Shown in pieces: positions 39,400 to 51,814 of a stretch of 64,000 nucleotides of DNA. The position numbers and the translations under genes were made by a program. Origin of the DNA: Octopus sinensis (lineage: Eukaryota); the NCBI RefSeq assembly GCF_006345805.1, contig NC_043012.1:8370001-8434000 (forward strand), in the 5' to 3' direction. The notes under the pieces were generated by a model that ran no database searches, had not been told where the DNA came from, and saw nothing but the letters and a program-made list of their open reading frames with translations. Each line of letters begins with the position of its first letter. Within the stretch, counting starts at the first letter, position 1.

Positions 39400-39534
39400 G
39401 GCGAAGGTAAAGAATATGTACACCTAGTGTTTAGAGTTAGGGTTAGGGTTTGGGTTTAGGGTTGGGTTTAGGATTAAGGTTTAGGGTTAAGGTTACGTCG
39501 AAAACAGGTGGTGTGTGTATTCTTTACCTTCACC
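39400..39534. mobile_element. Merlin-like MITE filled with degenerate (TTAGGG)n
   Basis: TIRs GGCGAAGGTAAAGAATA / TATTCTTTACCTTCACC; 8-bp TSD gtttctcc / gtttcttc. Confidence 0.75.
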
Positions 39535-40045
39535 GTTTCTTCTTACTGGTAACACAATGTTTCACACAAATTTTAATAGTTTTTTTAAAAAAATGTGTAT
39601 AAATATAAGTATTGCACTGAGGCAAAATAATATTTGGTGGACTTCAGCAATACATAGCACACACAAGTTGGAATTTCTCCATTTTGACAGCGATTTTTCA
39701 GATATTTTTACATGGTGCACTTGGAAATGATGCTTGGACACCAAGAAGATAACATGGATTTGACTCCTGTATGGAGTAATTTGACTTCCCTTGCAAGAGC
39801 ATGATTGTCACAACATCCAGTCTCCAAATTCATTAGAAACACAAGAGATATCAAGATAAACTTCAAACATACCAATAATTTAGCCCCTTTGCATTTAAAC
39901 CAGTCATATCTGGATTAAATATCCTACCTATTTAAAAGAAAATGCAGGAGGATCATTTAGTTATGATTTTGTTCAACATATTCCCCTCTCAGATTCACAC
40001 ACTTATTGCAGCGGTCTTTCAGTTTTTATGATATATTATATATAT

Positions 40046-40246
40046 CAGTGGTTTTCAACCAGGGTTCCGTCAGTACAGTCCAGGGGTTCCGCAAGAAGTT
40101 ACAAAACTGCTAAAATCGGCAGTAATTTTTAAGTCTCCTGTGCAGATGTGTGTGCATAAGACTATTAAATTATTGCACAGGGGTTCCTCGAGCCAGTGGA
40201 ATGTTTCCTTGGGGTTCCGCTCCAGCAAAAAGTTTGAAAAGCACTG
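40046..40246. mobile_element. hAT (Charlie-like) MITE
   Basis: TIRs CAGTGGTTTTCAA / TTGAAAAGCACTG; 8-bp TSD ATATATAT. Confidence 0.8.
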
Positions 40247-41390
40247 ATATATATGATATATTATATATATATATATATATGATATATTATATATATATAT
40301 ATATATATGATATTATATATAATATATATGTATTTGTGTCTGTGTTTGTCCTCCCAACATCACTTGACAACCGATGCTGGTGTGTTTACATCCTCATAAC
40401 TTAGCGGTCCAGCAAAAGAATAAGTACTAGGCTTACAAAGAATGAGTCCTGGGGTCGATTTGCTCGACTAAAGGCAGTGCTCCTGCATGGCCACAGTCAA
40501 ATGACTGAAACAAGTAAATGAGTAAAAGAGCATGAGTAAAACAAAAGTGAAAAAGTTTATACCTTGGCATTTTACTATGGAAACAGGCACTAATATGTTT
40601 GTGGCTTCCAACTTGCAAAAGTACACAAAATTTGCAAACTTTAAAAGCTATTAACTTTTTATTTATTAATTTACGGCAAAAAATGAATTTCATTTCCATG
40701 ATTAGCGTACAAAACTACATTGATACACCAAGTTTGAAATCAATTGGAACAAAGAGAATCGAAAAGTGTGAACGAAACGGAAAAGATCCTTTCACGGTTC
40801 ATTATTACATGAAGGATATTAACACTGCGCCGTGTCAATAGATAACTTTTGTTTGCCGAAGCGGATGAAGTGCTGATAACCATTTCGATTTGTTTGGATA
40901 GAACAATATGGCTGCTGGGGTGGCCTTGACTCTCTTTCACCACTACCACCACTACCACTATTCATTTGTGTAATGATCACCAACATCACTTCTCCACCAC
41001 CACTACCACCATCACGACATCGAACATCATCATCTCTCTCCACCATCATCAACACCGTCATTGCTACCACCACCACCACCACCACCACAACAACAACAAC
41101 AACAGCCACCACCTCAACCCGTGCCTAGACACATTTTTTTTTTTCACTCAGCTGTAGCCAGAGAAGCTATTGTTAACCAATCTAATCGGTCTGCACCACA
41201 CAAAACCGGCAACTCTTACGTTAGAGCGATAAGTTACATTAAAAATTCAACAGTTCTTTGAAGTAGGACATCAATAAGAACAAGAACAGCAACAACTATT
41301 ACTACTACCACAATGAGAGATAATAATTAAGTTGGCATCTAATAGACTTTCATCATCAGATATAATACACACACACACACAGATATATAA

Positions 41391-41481
<91 letters not shown>

Positions 41482-41697
41482 CTGTGTGTGTGTATATATA
41501 ATATATATATATATATTACATATATACACAGATATAAAAGTATATATTTATACATATATAAACATGTACATACATGTATGTATGTATATATCTATCTATC
41601 TATCTATATATATATATATATGTATGTATGTGTATATATATATAGTTAGAGAGAGAGAGACCTATACGTATGCACTGATATATACATAAATATGTCT

Positions 41698-41754
<57 letters not shown>

Positions 41755-41807
41755 TACATAGAGCCATACATAAATATATATATTTATACATAAATACTAT
41801 GTATTTA

Positions 41808-41865
<58 letters not shown>

Positions 41866-42290
41866 TATATAATATATATATATATTATATATTATATATG
41901 TATGTATGTATATATGCGTGTGTGTGTGTGCCTGGTGCCTAGAGTCCGATCACCAATATCTGTAGCTTCATTAGCAAAAGTATCGCAGTGAATTATTTAT
42001 AGCAGTAAGAATTAAAAGAGAAGACACACAACAGAGAAAGCGAAGGAGAAAGAGAGAGGGGAAGGAGTTACAAAAAGACTCATTAGTTTTAATTCCTTCT
42101 AATATATTTATTATTATTATTATTTTTATCTTACAAGCATGTCTGGCAGATATTTATATGATGACACCATGAAGCTTATCACTGCCGCCATCACAAGTTA
42201 CAACCAGGACTGTCTTACAAAAGGTCCTAGACGCAGAAAATCACTGGAGCTCCTACTTAGTTTAGTAAGGGTCTTCTAGTACGTGGCGAA

Positions 42291-42437
42291 GGATCTTTTC
42301 TGTTTGATGGGCGGAATTTTTTAGTTATCCTTTTGTTAATATCTAGTTATTTTCTTTTGACACATTCTACCAGTATACGAAGTTTCAAATTTTTTTTACT
42401 TAACTAGAAAATTCCGTCCATCAAACAGAAGAGATCC
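42291..42437. mobile_element. Merlin-like MITE (147 bp)
   Basis: 37-bp TIRs starting GGATCTTTTC (3 mismatches); 8-bp TSD gtggcgaa / gtggcgag; internal 26-mer identical to the reverse complement of part of the 46040 element. Confidence 0.8.
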
Positions 42438-42801
42438 GTGGCGAGTAAAGGGTTACCATGCAAATACTGTGTGAACCCATGGATTTAATATGGTACTGCT
42501 CGTTCCCTCCCAGGGTACGAGGCGGCATTTGAAGATGCGGAACAAAAAGAGGGAGCATGCACGTTATTAAAATATTTTTCTTCAGGACATGGCATCTGGG
42601 ACTACACAATTCAATGTGTCCTTTTTTAAATGGCAGAATGCAATTTACTGGGATTTTGAATGTAATTTCTATCTACCAAATAGAACGATGAGCCCTGATC
42701 ATCTTTGGGGACGGCCATATTTTTGCCAATTCACTTCAGCTTTATTATTATTCTTACTATTATTATTCTTACGTCAAAAATTGTAGTATTTTATACATAA
42801 A

Positions 42802-43314
42802 CTAGCAGTATCGCCCGGCGTTGCTCGGGTTTGTAAGGGAAATAACTATATAAGCATTTTTAGAGAGTTACTTCCCTTATAGATGCCAATTCGGGCTTTC
42901 TTAGCCATTTCTGTTTTGGTGTCTTCAAGCCATGAAGTCGTTGTTCTAAAAGAACGCTGGTCTCCTTGACAACGCATTACGACGTTGATTTCCTTAAACT
43001 CCCTTCCCCACAGCTTCACGAGGGAAGGAAGAAGGGGGAGAAGCAAACAGGTGCAGGTGTGAGCGTGGACGCCAACTCCGCCGCCATCGACACACGAAAA
43101 ATTATGCATTAAAATGGAATAAAAAATGATGTTAAATTATTTTTTAAATCGTAGACTCATCGTAGACGCGCGCTAATAGCCAGACGGGCTCGATATGAAT
43201 CACGACTATAAGATACCCGGTTTTGGTTAAACTGCACCGCAAAATGTGGGAGGAGTTAGGAATCTAAATCGTAGGAGACAGACACTCACACAACTACAGT
43301 TTTATATATATAGA
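42802..43314 (-). mobile_element. Non-autonomous Helitron, family H1 copy 2, with about 220 bp of extra cargo
   Basis: A|TC 5' end, CCCGAGCAACGCCGGG hairpin, CTAG|T 3' end, no TSD. Confidence 0.85.
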
Positions 43315-43464
43315 TATGGACGTTAAATCCAGTTAAATACACTTGTCAATGTTATCTGGTGGTTGTCTTTTGAGATGTGACATCGACCATCGTTTGTTAC
43401 TGAAAGAACGCTCGCTCACATACAAACCTTCACAGATGCTCTCTGATGCTCTTAAAGATCCTTT

Positions 43465-43794
43465 CACCAGCACTATTTTCACTAAGGGAAAAAAATTTCC
43501 AATGAATCCGGGACGGATTTCCCTAACCCTAACCCTGAAAAGATCAATGGGTGTGTGTGTGTAAAATTTCCGAGGCTTCCACCTCACTCCACTCCGTTTT
43601 TCGGACCCCAAAAAGGGTAGCATATTGGAATGTCACAGGAATTCATTAAAAAAATAAAATCCAATGAAACCGGGACTTCGCCCCCCCCCCTTTCCGAACC
43701 AAAAAAAAAGGAATTTGCAGCATATTAGGAGGTCAGGGTACTTTCCACGCAAAAAGTCCGAGTTTTTTTTTTCTTAGTGAAAATCGCGTGGGTG
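43465..43794. mobile_element. Degenerate TIR element (MITE-like) with internal CCCTAA repeats
   Basis: ATTTTCACTAAG / CTTAGTGAAAAT inverted core inside CACC..GGTG ends; TSD unclear. Confidence 0.45.
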
Positions 43795-43801
43795 TTACTC
43801 T

Positions 43802-44130
43802 GAAAATTTACCCATCGACCCCAGTGTTCAACTGGTACTTAATTTATCGACCCCGAAAGGATGAAAGGCAAAGTCAACCTCGGCGGAATTTGAACTCAGA
43901 ACATAGCGGCAGACGAAATACCTATTTCTTTACTACCCACAAGGGGCTAAACACAGAGAGGACAAACAAGGACAGACAAACGGATTAAGTCGATTACATC
44001 GATCCCAGTGCGTAACTGGTACTTATTTCATCGATCCCAGCAAATTCGACCTCCGCAGAATTTGAATTCAGGACGTAAAGACAGACGAAATGCTGCTAAT
44101 CATTTTTATCCGACCTGCAAACAGTTCTTG
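43802..44130 (-). mobile_element. SINE family 2, two abutting copies
   Basis: The tail of one copy joins the internal GTATTTCGTCTG of the next. Confidence 0.8.
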
Positions 44131-44332
44131 CTAGCTTACCGAAACAATAATAATCTGGAAGTTTTGATATAGGCTCAGGAAAGGGGGTGAGGACAAGAGG
44201 GTGAAAGCGCACCCACTTGGCAGCAATGAAAAATGCTTTGAAAATCCTAGGCGGACCTGGGTTTGCAACCTCTAAGCAAATTTAGCTTCCGCATTTATTC
44301 GTTTTGGATATTAGGAAAGAAAAGTCATTATA

Positions 44333-44736
44333 GGCGCAGGAGTGACTGTGTGGTAAATGGCTTGCTAACCAACCACATGGTTCCGAGTTCAGTCCCACTG
44401 CGTGGCACCTTGGGCAAGTGTCTTCTACTATAGCCCCGGGCCGACCAAAGCCTTGTGAGTGGATTTGGTAGACGGAGACTGAAAGAAGCCCGTCGTATAT
44501 ATGTATATATATATATGTGTGTATGTGTGTGTGTCTGTGTTCGTCCACCTAGCATTGCTTGACAACCGATGCTGGTGTGTTTATGTCCCCGTCACTTAGC
44601 GGTTCGGCAAAAGAGACCGATAGAATAAGTACTGGGCTTACAAAGAATAAGTCCCGGGGTCGATTTGCTCGACTAAAGGCGGTGCTCCAGCATGGCCACA
44701 GTCAAATGACTGAAACAAGTAAAAGAGTAAAAGAGT
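44333..44736 (+). mobile_element. SINE family 1 (young, intact copy)
   Basis: Intact A/B boxes, CpGs retained, (TAAAAGAG)n tail. Confidence 0.92.
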
Positions 44737-45161
44737 ATTTCTGTAAATTCCCAATTATTTGTGGTTTCATTTTCATTCATGCCGCTTTTGTTAAAATTAC
44801 CATTCTTCAGTAGTTCGAGTTTCTTATTCGGTTAAGAATTGGTTCCATTATATAATATTCAATGTAACTGTAATTATTATACGTGTTATGTATGCATGTA
44901 TCTATCTATGTATATATCTCTCTATTTTCATGGCTATTTAGCACAAGCAACAGAGTGGCTCAAGAGCTGAGAGCCCGTGCGTTAGCCACTTATTAAACTA
45001 GTTTGGTAAGTACTAATAGCACGAAACTTTCGGTTCTTGAGACACTCTTCTGGTAAATATTAAAAAAATCTATATCTGTTTGCATCATCAAACTTGTATA
45101 GATACATACATATATGTGAGTATGTATATATATATATATATATATCATACATATATGTGAG

Positions 45162-45192
<31 letters not shown>

Positions 45193-45206
45193 TACATATA
45201 TGTGAG

Positions 45207-45258
<52 letters not shown>

Positions 45259-45262
45259 CACA

Positions 45263-45403
45263 CGCAGGAGTGGCTCTGTGGTAAGTAGCTTGCTTACCAA
45301 CCACATGGTTCCGGGTTCAGTCCCACTGCGTTGTGAGTGGATTTGGTAGACAGAAACTGAAAGAAGCCTGTCGTATAGTGTATATATATATAATATATTA
45401 TAT

Positions 45404-45474
<71 letters not shown>

Positions 45475-45658
45475 AATATTTTTGCGTGTGTGTTTGTCCC
45501 CCTAGCATTGCTTGACAACCGTCACTTAGCGGTTCGGCAAAAGAGACCGATAGAATAAGTACTGGGCTTACAAAGAATAAGTCCCGGGGTCGATTTGCTC
45601 GACTGAAGGCGGTGCTCCAGCATGGCCGCAGTCAAATGACTGAAACAAGTAAAAGATT
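45263..45658 (+). mobile_element. SINE family 1 with internal deletions
   Basis: Head and tail match 44333; two internal segments missing. Confidence 0.85.
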
Positions 45659-46039
45659 ATATATATATATATACACACAGACACACACACACACACACAC
45701 ACATACATATATATGTATGTATGTACTTATATGTGTGTGTGTGTGCGTGCGTGTGTATACGTACATAAACTATGGCCGAATCAACCATTTCAACCGAAAT
45801 TTCAAACGCTAAAGTTGCAGACGCCTTTAAAAACGAAAGAATCCAACACAAAATACTAATCTTTTTCTGATACAGGCACAAGGACACCAATTTTGAAGAA
45901 GAGAGGAAACGTCGATGGTACTTTATTTTTACCTATCCAGACGGAACGAAAGGTTAAGTCCACCTTGGCAAAAATTTCGAGACATTTCAGGATGAAAGAC
46001 AAAACAAAACAAATTTCCATCCGCGTTAATTCAAATATC

Positions 46040-46460
46040 GGATCTTTTCGGTTTTGAACGGCAGTTTTTAAAAATAATTTCCACGTAACTAAACACTTTT
46101 AAACTTCGTATACTGGTAGAATGTGTTTATAAAACATCTTTTTCTTTTGGTTTTATTGAGAAAATTCTATAGTTTGTAAGATATTTGTTGTTTTTTTCCT
46201 TCAATTTCTGCAATTTCAACCAATCAATGACGTCTATTGAGGTGAAAACATTCTGTGCCGTATGAATATGTCCCTCGTTTAAGAAACAGATTGGGTTTAT
46301 TTACATTTCTGAAGAAAAAAGATACCCTTCCCCCACCCCTAACCCTAACTCTAACCCTAAAACAGATTGAAATGCAATAGATCGATACTAGGGTCATGAT
46401 TATGGGTGACAATTTCATATGACACCGCTAGAAAAACTGCCGTTCAAACCGAAAAGATCC
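46040..46460. mobile_element. Merlin-like MITE (421 bp) with internal (CCCTAA)n
   Basis: About 30-bp TIRs GGATCTTTTCGGTTT(T)GAACGGCAGTTTTT; 8-bp TSD caaatatc / caaatgtc. Confidence 0.85.
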
Positions 46461-47056
46461 CAAATGTCAATTAATAAATTAACTGAATGAAAAAAAAAAA
46501 AAGTTTTATAAATATTTGCATAAAAGTGAAACGGAACAATTAATTTGGTTTACCTGTTTTTGAAATAAGGAATATAGCCAAAAGAGGTAGAAGGAAGCAA
46601 GAAAGCGAAAAGATATGTTCAGATTCCAAATATCAATAGAAGAACGTCAAGAATTCTGGTCCTACATAAAATGATCTCTTAAGAATGACGGTAGCAGCAT
46701 TTCTACATCCATTCTGAGGCTGAAACGGTTTGGTTATCCTGGAAACGTCTTGCTGGAGACTATTACCTCTACTATTACTACCACTCTTTGTGTTTTATGA
46801 GTGTCTCATGATTTATTGAGTTCGGTGTTTAGTGGAGCAATTCTTGTGTTACATAATTACCATAAATGTCTAATTAGAAATACTCGTTTTATTGTTGTGT
46901 GATGATATACCGTCGCGTTGCTGAAAGATTAAACTCTAGGCTTTTAATATATATTTGTCTCCTTAGAGATAACAGAGTCTCCCCTTTTCTTTCTCTTCCA
47001 CACATACATTCATACATACATGTACATAAAAACATTCAATTGCATACATACGTATA

Positions 47057-47109
<53 letters not shown>

Positions 47110-47829
47110 ATATATATGATACATGCATATGTCTGTGGATATGTGTATTACATACATTTGTCATTGTGTATGATTATATTAACGTGTGCAATTGAAAGGA
47201 AGTTAGAGTACATTGCTAAACGTTAATTCCTCTCCCGTTCTTACCTATCGCTCACTCCCTCTGTCCCTTACTCCCTTTCTTTCCTACCCCTCTCCCCTGT
47301 AAGTACCTCCCTCCCCTTCATTACTTTTCTTCAACCTCCTTCTCACCCATTCGTTCATCCACCATTTACAACCATTTGACATGTTTCTAAGTTGTTTAAA
47401 ATTGCATAAAATCAAACCGAGTCAACATTTTGAATAAAACAAAATTCGCCGGACACCCAGTTAAGATAATATAAGTGAAATTGTAATGTCAGAATGGACA
47501 AGTGCCGACTTGTTGAAGAATGATGGATTAGATTAATAGAATTATGTCTGCAAAACAGTAATTTACTTCACAGTAGTAAGGATCTATGGTCGGCCAAGCA
47601 GCAAAGATGGTTTCAGTTGGTACCACAGGTTTATAATACAATGTCGTGCGCACACACAATTATATGTATACATACGTATATACATACATATGTACATATG
47701 TATACATGCATGCATACATATTTCTATAGGCAAAGATTATTGTTTGGAAAGCAACAATTGTTGCAAGTAAGAGGATTAAAGACCTGTCTGTTCTGTAATT
47801 GATGGTCTTCACAGACGAAATGTGCAGTA

Positions 47830-47925
<96 letters not shown>

Positions 47926-47946
47926 GTCTGTCTATCTGTCTGTCTA

Positions 47947-47989
<43 letters not shown>

Positions 47990-48007
47990 TTCTGTCAGTC
48001 TGTCTGC

Positions 48008-48082
<75 letters not shown>

Positions 48083-48112
48083 GTCTATCTGTCTGTCTTT
48101 CTGTCTGTCTGT
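47830..48112. repeat. (TCTA)n/(TCTG)n compound tetranucleotide
   Basis: Direct inspection. Confidence 0.95.
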
Positions 48113-48360
48113 CTAATATATATACTTATCCTAGTTTCAGTCATTTCACTGCGGCCTTGCTGGAGCACTGCCTTAACAAGGTTCTAGTCGAAGAAATCTA
48201 CCCCCAGGACTTATTCTATCGGTCCATTTCGTCGAACTGCTTGGTTATAGGGATGTAAACGCACCAAAAACAAAAATGCGCACACACGAAATATAAAATG
48301 GCAACAATTTACCCATTACACCCTGTGTGTGTGTGTGTGTCTGTATATATATATATAATA

Positions 48361-48406
<46 letters not shown>

Positions 48407-48509
48407 TATATATATACACAACGTGCTTCTTTCAGCCTATGTCCACCAGCTCGAGGCTATAGCAAAAAGGTACCATGCAGTGGAACTGAACCTGGAACCA
48501 TATATAATC

Positions 48510-48664
48510 ACGGGCATGGCTGTGTGGTAAGAAGCTTACTTCCCAACCACATGTTTCTGGGTTCAGTCCCACTGCCTGTTACTTAAGCAAGTGTCTACTA
48601 TTGCCTTGAGCTGACCAAAGCATTGTGAGTGAATTTGGTAGACAGAAAATGAAAGAAACTCTTC

Positions 48665-48728
<64 letters not shown>

Positions 48729-48985
48729 CATACATACATATATATGTATATATTTATGTGTGTGTGTCCATATCTGTGTTTGTCATCTCCACCATTGTTT
48801 GTCAACTGATGTTGGTGTGTTTACATCCCTGTAATTTAGCGGTTCAGCAAAAAAGACTGATTGAATAAGTACTAGGCTTACAAAGAATATGCCCTGGGGT
48901 CGATTTCTTCAACTAAAATACTTTAAGGTGGTGCTCCAGCATGGCCACAGTCAAATAACTGAAACAAATAAAAAAATAAAAGAAT
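48510..48985 (+). mobile_element. SINE family 1
   Basis: Long central (TA)n. Confidence 0.85.
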
Positions 48986-49039
48986 ATATATATATATGTG
49001 TATGTGCGTGTGTGTGTGTGTGTATAGGTACAATATATA

Positions 49040-50130
49040 TAGGTAGACTTGCAAGGCCCCTCTTCGAAAATTCACTTGTCCACAAAGAAAAATACACCTC
49101 CAGTACTGTTCTGACCTCGCCTACAGAATTCATATTTTTTCCATCTGAATGATTTTGAAGACTGCAGAATAAATGATAATCAGATGGTTTAATGTCTGGT
49201 GCATATGGTGAGCGGGCATCGTTTCCCATTTAAACTGCCCCAGCCTTTGTAATATCATCCTCACTGTATGTAACCGAGCATTATCCTGATGGAAGAACAC
49301 CTTTCGTCTTGAAACCAATGATGGTCATTTTTCTTCTAGCGCTGACTTAAGCCACTCAAGCTGCTCACAGTAGATCTCCTTTGTTATTGTTTGTTTTGGG
49401 TTTAAAACTTCAAAGTGAAGTAAACCTTTCATATCCCACCAAACAGATAACAACACCTTACATGGGTGAAGACCTTCTTTAGCCTGGGATGCCAGTGTTT
49501 CTCCTTTCCCTATCCACTGTCTTGGGCATTTGACATTTTTATAGTGAACCCATTTCTCATCACCAGTCACTATTCAGTCAGAAAATGGTTCATTCGTGAG
49601 ACATGACAGCAAAGAAGAGCACACATTCACTCTTTCTCCATGATTAGACTCGGAAAGTTTGCGAGGAACCCACTGACCCAATTTGCTGACTTTTCTGATG
49701 GCATGCAGGTGTTGATGAATGGTTGAAAGACCAAATCCAAGCTTCTCTGCTAGTTCCTCAACAGTTACAATGGGATTTTGTTCCACCAGGGTTTGCAGGA
49801 TGTCCTCTTTGGGCTCTACAGATTTTCCAGGATGAGGCTTGTCTTCTTGGCTGTAGTTTCCGGCTTGGAATTTCTGGAACCACCATTAACACTGGCTTAC
49901 ACTTATCTGATCCCCATATACTGCATTAATATTCCTCACACTTTCCGTTGTGTTGTTGCCTTTATTGAACTCACAAAGCAAAATATGCCGAATATACTCT
50001 TTTGTCACTTCTACTATAGCTTTTGAATACAAAACTAAAAAATCAAACTGTACTCTTCAAAACTTGCACTAAGAATAAGGACAAGGTAAAATTACTACCG
50101 CTTTTATAGCAAGTTGATGCAGGTAGTTTA
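49040..50130 (-). mobile_element. Near full-length mariner transposase pseudogene (DD34D type)
   Basis: HTH YIRHILLCEFNKG, WVPRKL, TGDEKW, HQDNAR and YAPDIKPSDYHLF motifs; broken by stops and frameshifts. Confidence 0.92.
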
Positions 50131-50685
50131 TCCTGTTCCCCTCTGACTTTTAGTCCATGCAATTCAAAAAACTATTATTTGTGTGTATGTGTGTGTGTGT
50201 ATACATATACCCATGTGTTTGTGTATATAGTTTATTTTTAAGAAAAATAACAAATATCCTACATTCTCTTCTCCCTTTCCTAAACTTCTGACTTTCAATA
50301 TGAATCCTTTTATGCCCCCCCTTATGTTGCCAATGTCCTTCAGAGAAGAATGAATGCCACAACATCGTATTTTATCATGTTCATATGAGAAAGAATTCTT
50401 TGATAAGATTCTACCCTGACATTACTGAATTAATGATCAACACTGGATATCAACCAACGTGTGTAGTTTATCAGAGATTAAGAGATTAAGAACACTCCCC
50501 AGATTTTTTTTGCACCAAGAATAAAATTTCCAGTGACGCCAGATAGTACATTGATATTGTAATCTGAGATTTATCTGTGACATAGCAACCCTAGAAATGT
50601 TTAAGATGTTGCTTATAACAACCATGAATAACAAAGAAATAATTGCACTTTAATGAACTGGATGAACAGGAAGTGTTTCGTGTGT

Positions 50686-50691
50686 TTAAAC
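50686..50691 (-). CDS. Probable terminal coding exon of the ankyrin gene (Val-stop, then 3' UTR to about 50215)
   Basis: Acceptor tttttattttcgagcAG followed by GTT TAA in phase 0; AATAAA on minus strand at 50231-50236; unique AT-rich sequence between. Inferred only. Confidence 0.45.
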   Translation of the reverse strand, partial: V

Positions 50692-50835
50692 CTGCTCGAA
50701 AATAAAAACAAAAACAACAAAAGTAAAAGGATGTACACAGTAAATGTATTAGGTTGATGCCTAGTTTAAGATGGAAAAAAAAAGAGGGAACGTGTAACAT
50801 TTCGAGCATGGCTCATCAAAATATATATGTATTTA

Positions 50836-51057
50836 GGGCGGCGAGCTGGTAGAATCATTAGCACACCGGGCGAAGTGCTTAGTGGTATTTCATCTGCCAT
50901 TATGTTCTGAGTTCAAATTCCGCCGAGGTCAACTTTGCCCTTCATCCTTTCAGGGTCGATTAAATAAGTACCAGTTATGCACTGGGGTCGATGTGATTGA
51001 CTTAATGCCTTTGTTTGTCCCCTCTATGTTTAGCCTCCTGTGGGCAATAAAGAAATA
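50836..51057 (+). mobile_element. SINE family 2
   Basis: Full-length, from GGCGGCGAGCTGG head to AATAAAGAAATA. Confidence 0.9.
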
Positions 51058-51398
51058 GATATATATGTGTATATGTGTGTGCATGATAAATTCTTCCTCT
51101 TGCTTTTTCCAGTTGGGGTGGTCATGTATCGCCTCTCCAGCAAGGCATCTATTCCTGTTCTTCTATTCATACTCTAACTTCTATTCACCTGGCGCAAAGT
51201 ACCTGTCCGTACTCCACTCAGTTGAAGGGTTTTAGCTTGTGGGTACTTGGCAACCTCACTGATGCTGGTGCCACATAAAAAGCACTTGGCACATGCTGTA
51301 AAGCTGTTGACATTAGGAAGAGCATCCAGCTGTAGATACAGCATCAAAGCAGAAATAGAACCTGGTGGAGCCCTTTGGCTCATCAGTCTTGTCAAACT

Positions 51399-51619
51399 TA
51401 TTTCTTTACTACCCACAAGGGTCTAAACACAGAGGGGACAAACAAGGACAGACACATGGATTAAGTCGATTACATCCACCCCAGTGTGTAACTGGTACTT
51501 AATTTATTGACCCCAAAAGGATGAAAGACAAATTCGACCTCGGCGGAATTTGAACTCAGAATGTAACGGCAGATGAAATACGGCTACGCATTTCGTCCGG
51601 CGTGCTAACGATTCTGCCA
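51399..51619 (-). mobile_element. SINE family 2 nested inside a family 3 SINE (51170-51672)
   Basis: Family 3 sequence resumes after 51619. Confidence 0.88.
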
Positions 51620-51814
51620 AACCATCCAACCTATGCCAGCATGGAAAAAAGGATGCTAAATGATGATGATGTCACTGATGTAGTATATTTTCACTGTGTG
51701 AAGCCATCATGATGGTGAATTTTGTTATCATTTTAAGGCAACGGTGTTATGTATCAAAGTTATCCACATCTGATGATTTGATAATAAGCGATGACTGTGT
51801 AATTATTCTTTATC

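Noticed and set aside
39431-39494. TTAGGG tract as a true telomere or chromosome-fusion scar
   Set aside because: Short, degenerate, enclosed by TIRs and a TSD, and no head-to-head arrangement.
41151-41261. Plus-strand exon candidate after a poly-T acceptor (VAREAIVNQSNRSAPHK..)
   Set aside because: Single isolated candidate with no homology or partner exons.
44333-44410. tRNA-like sequence with A and B boxes
   Set aside because: SINE head: continues into SINE body, lacks a complete cloverleaf, and is present in many copies.
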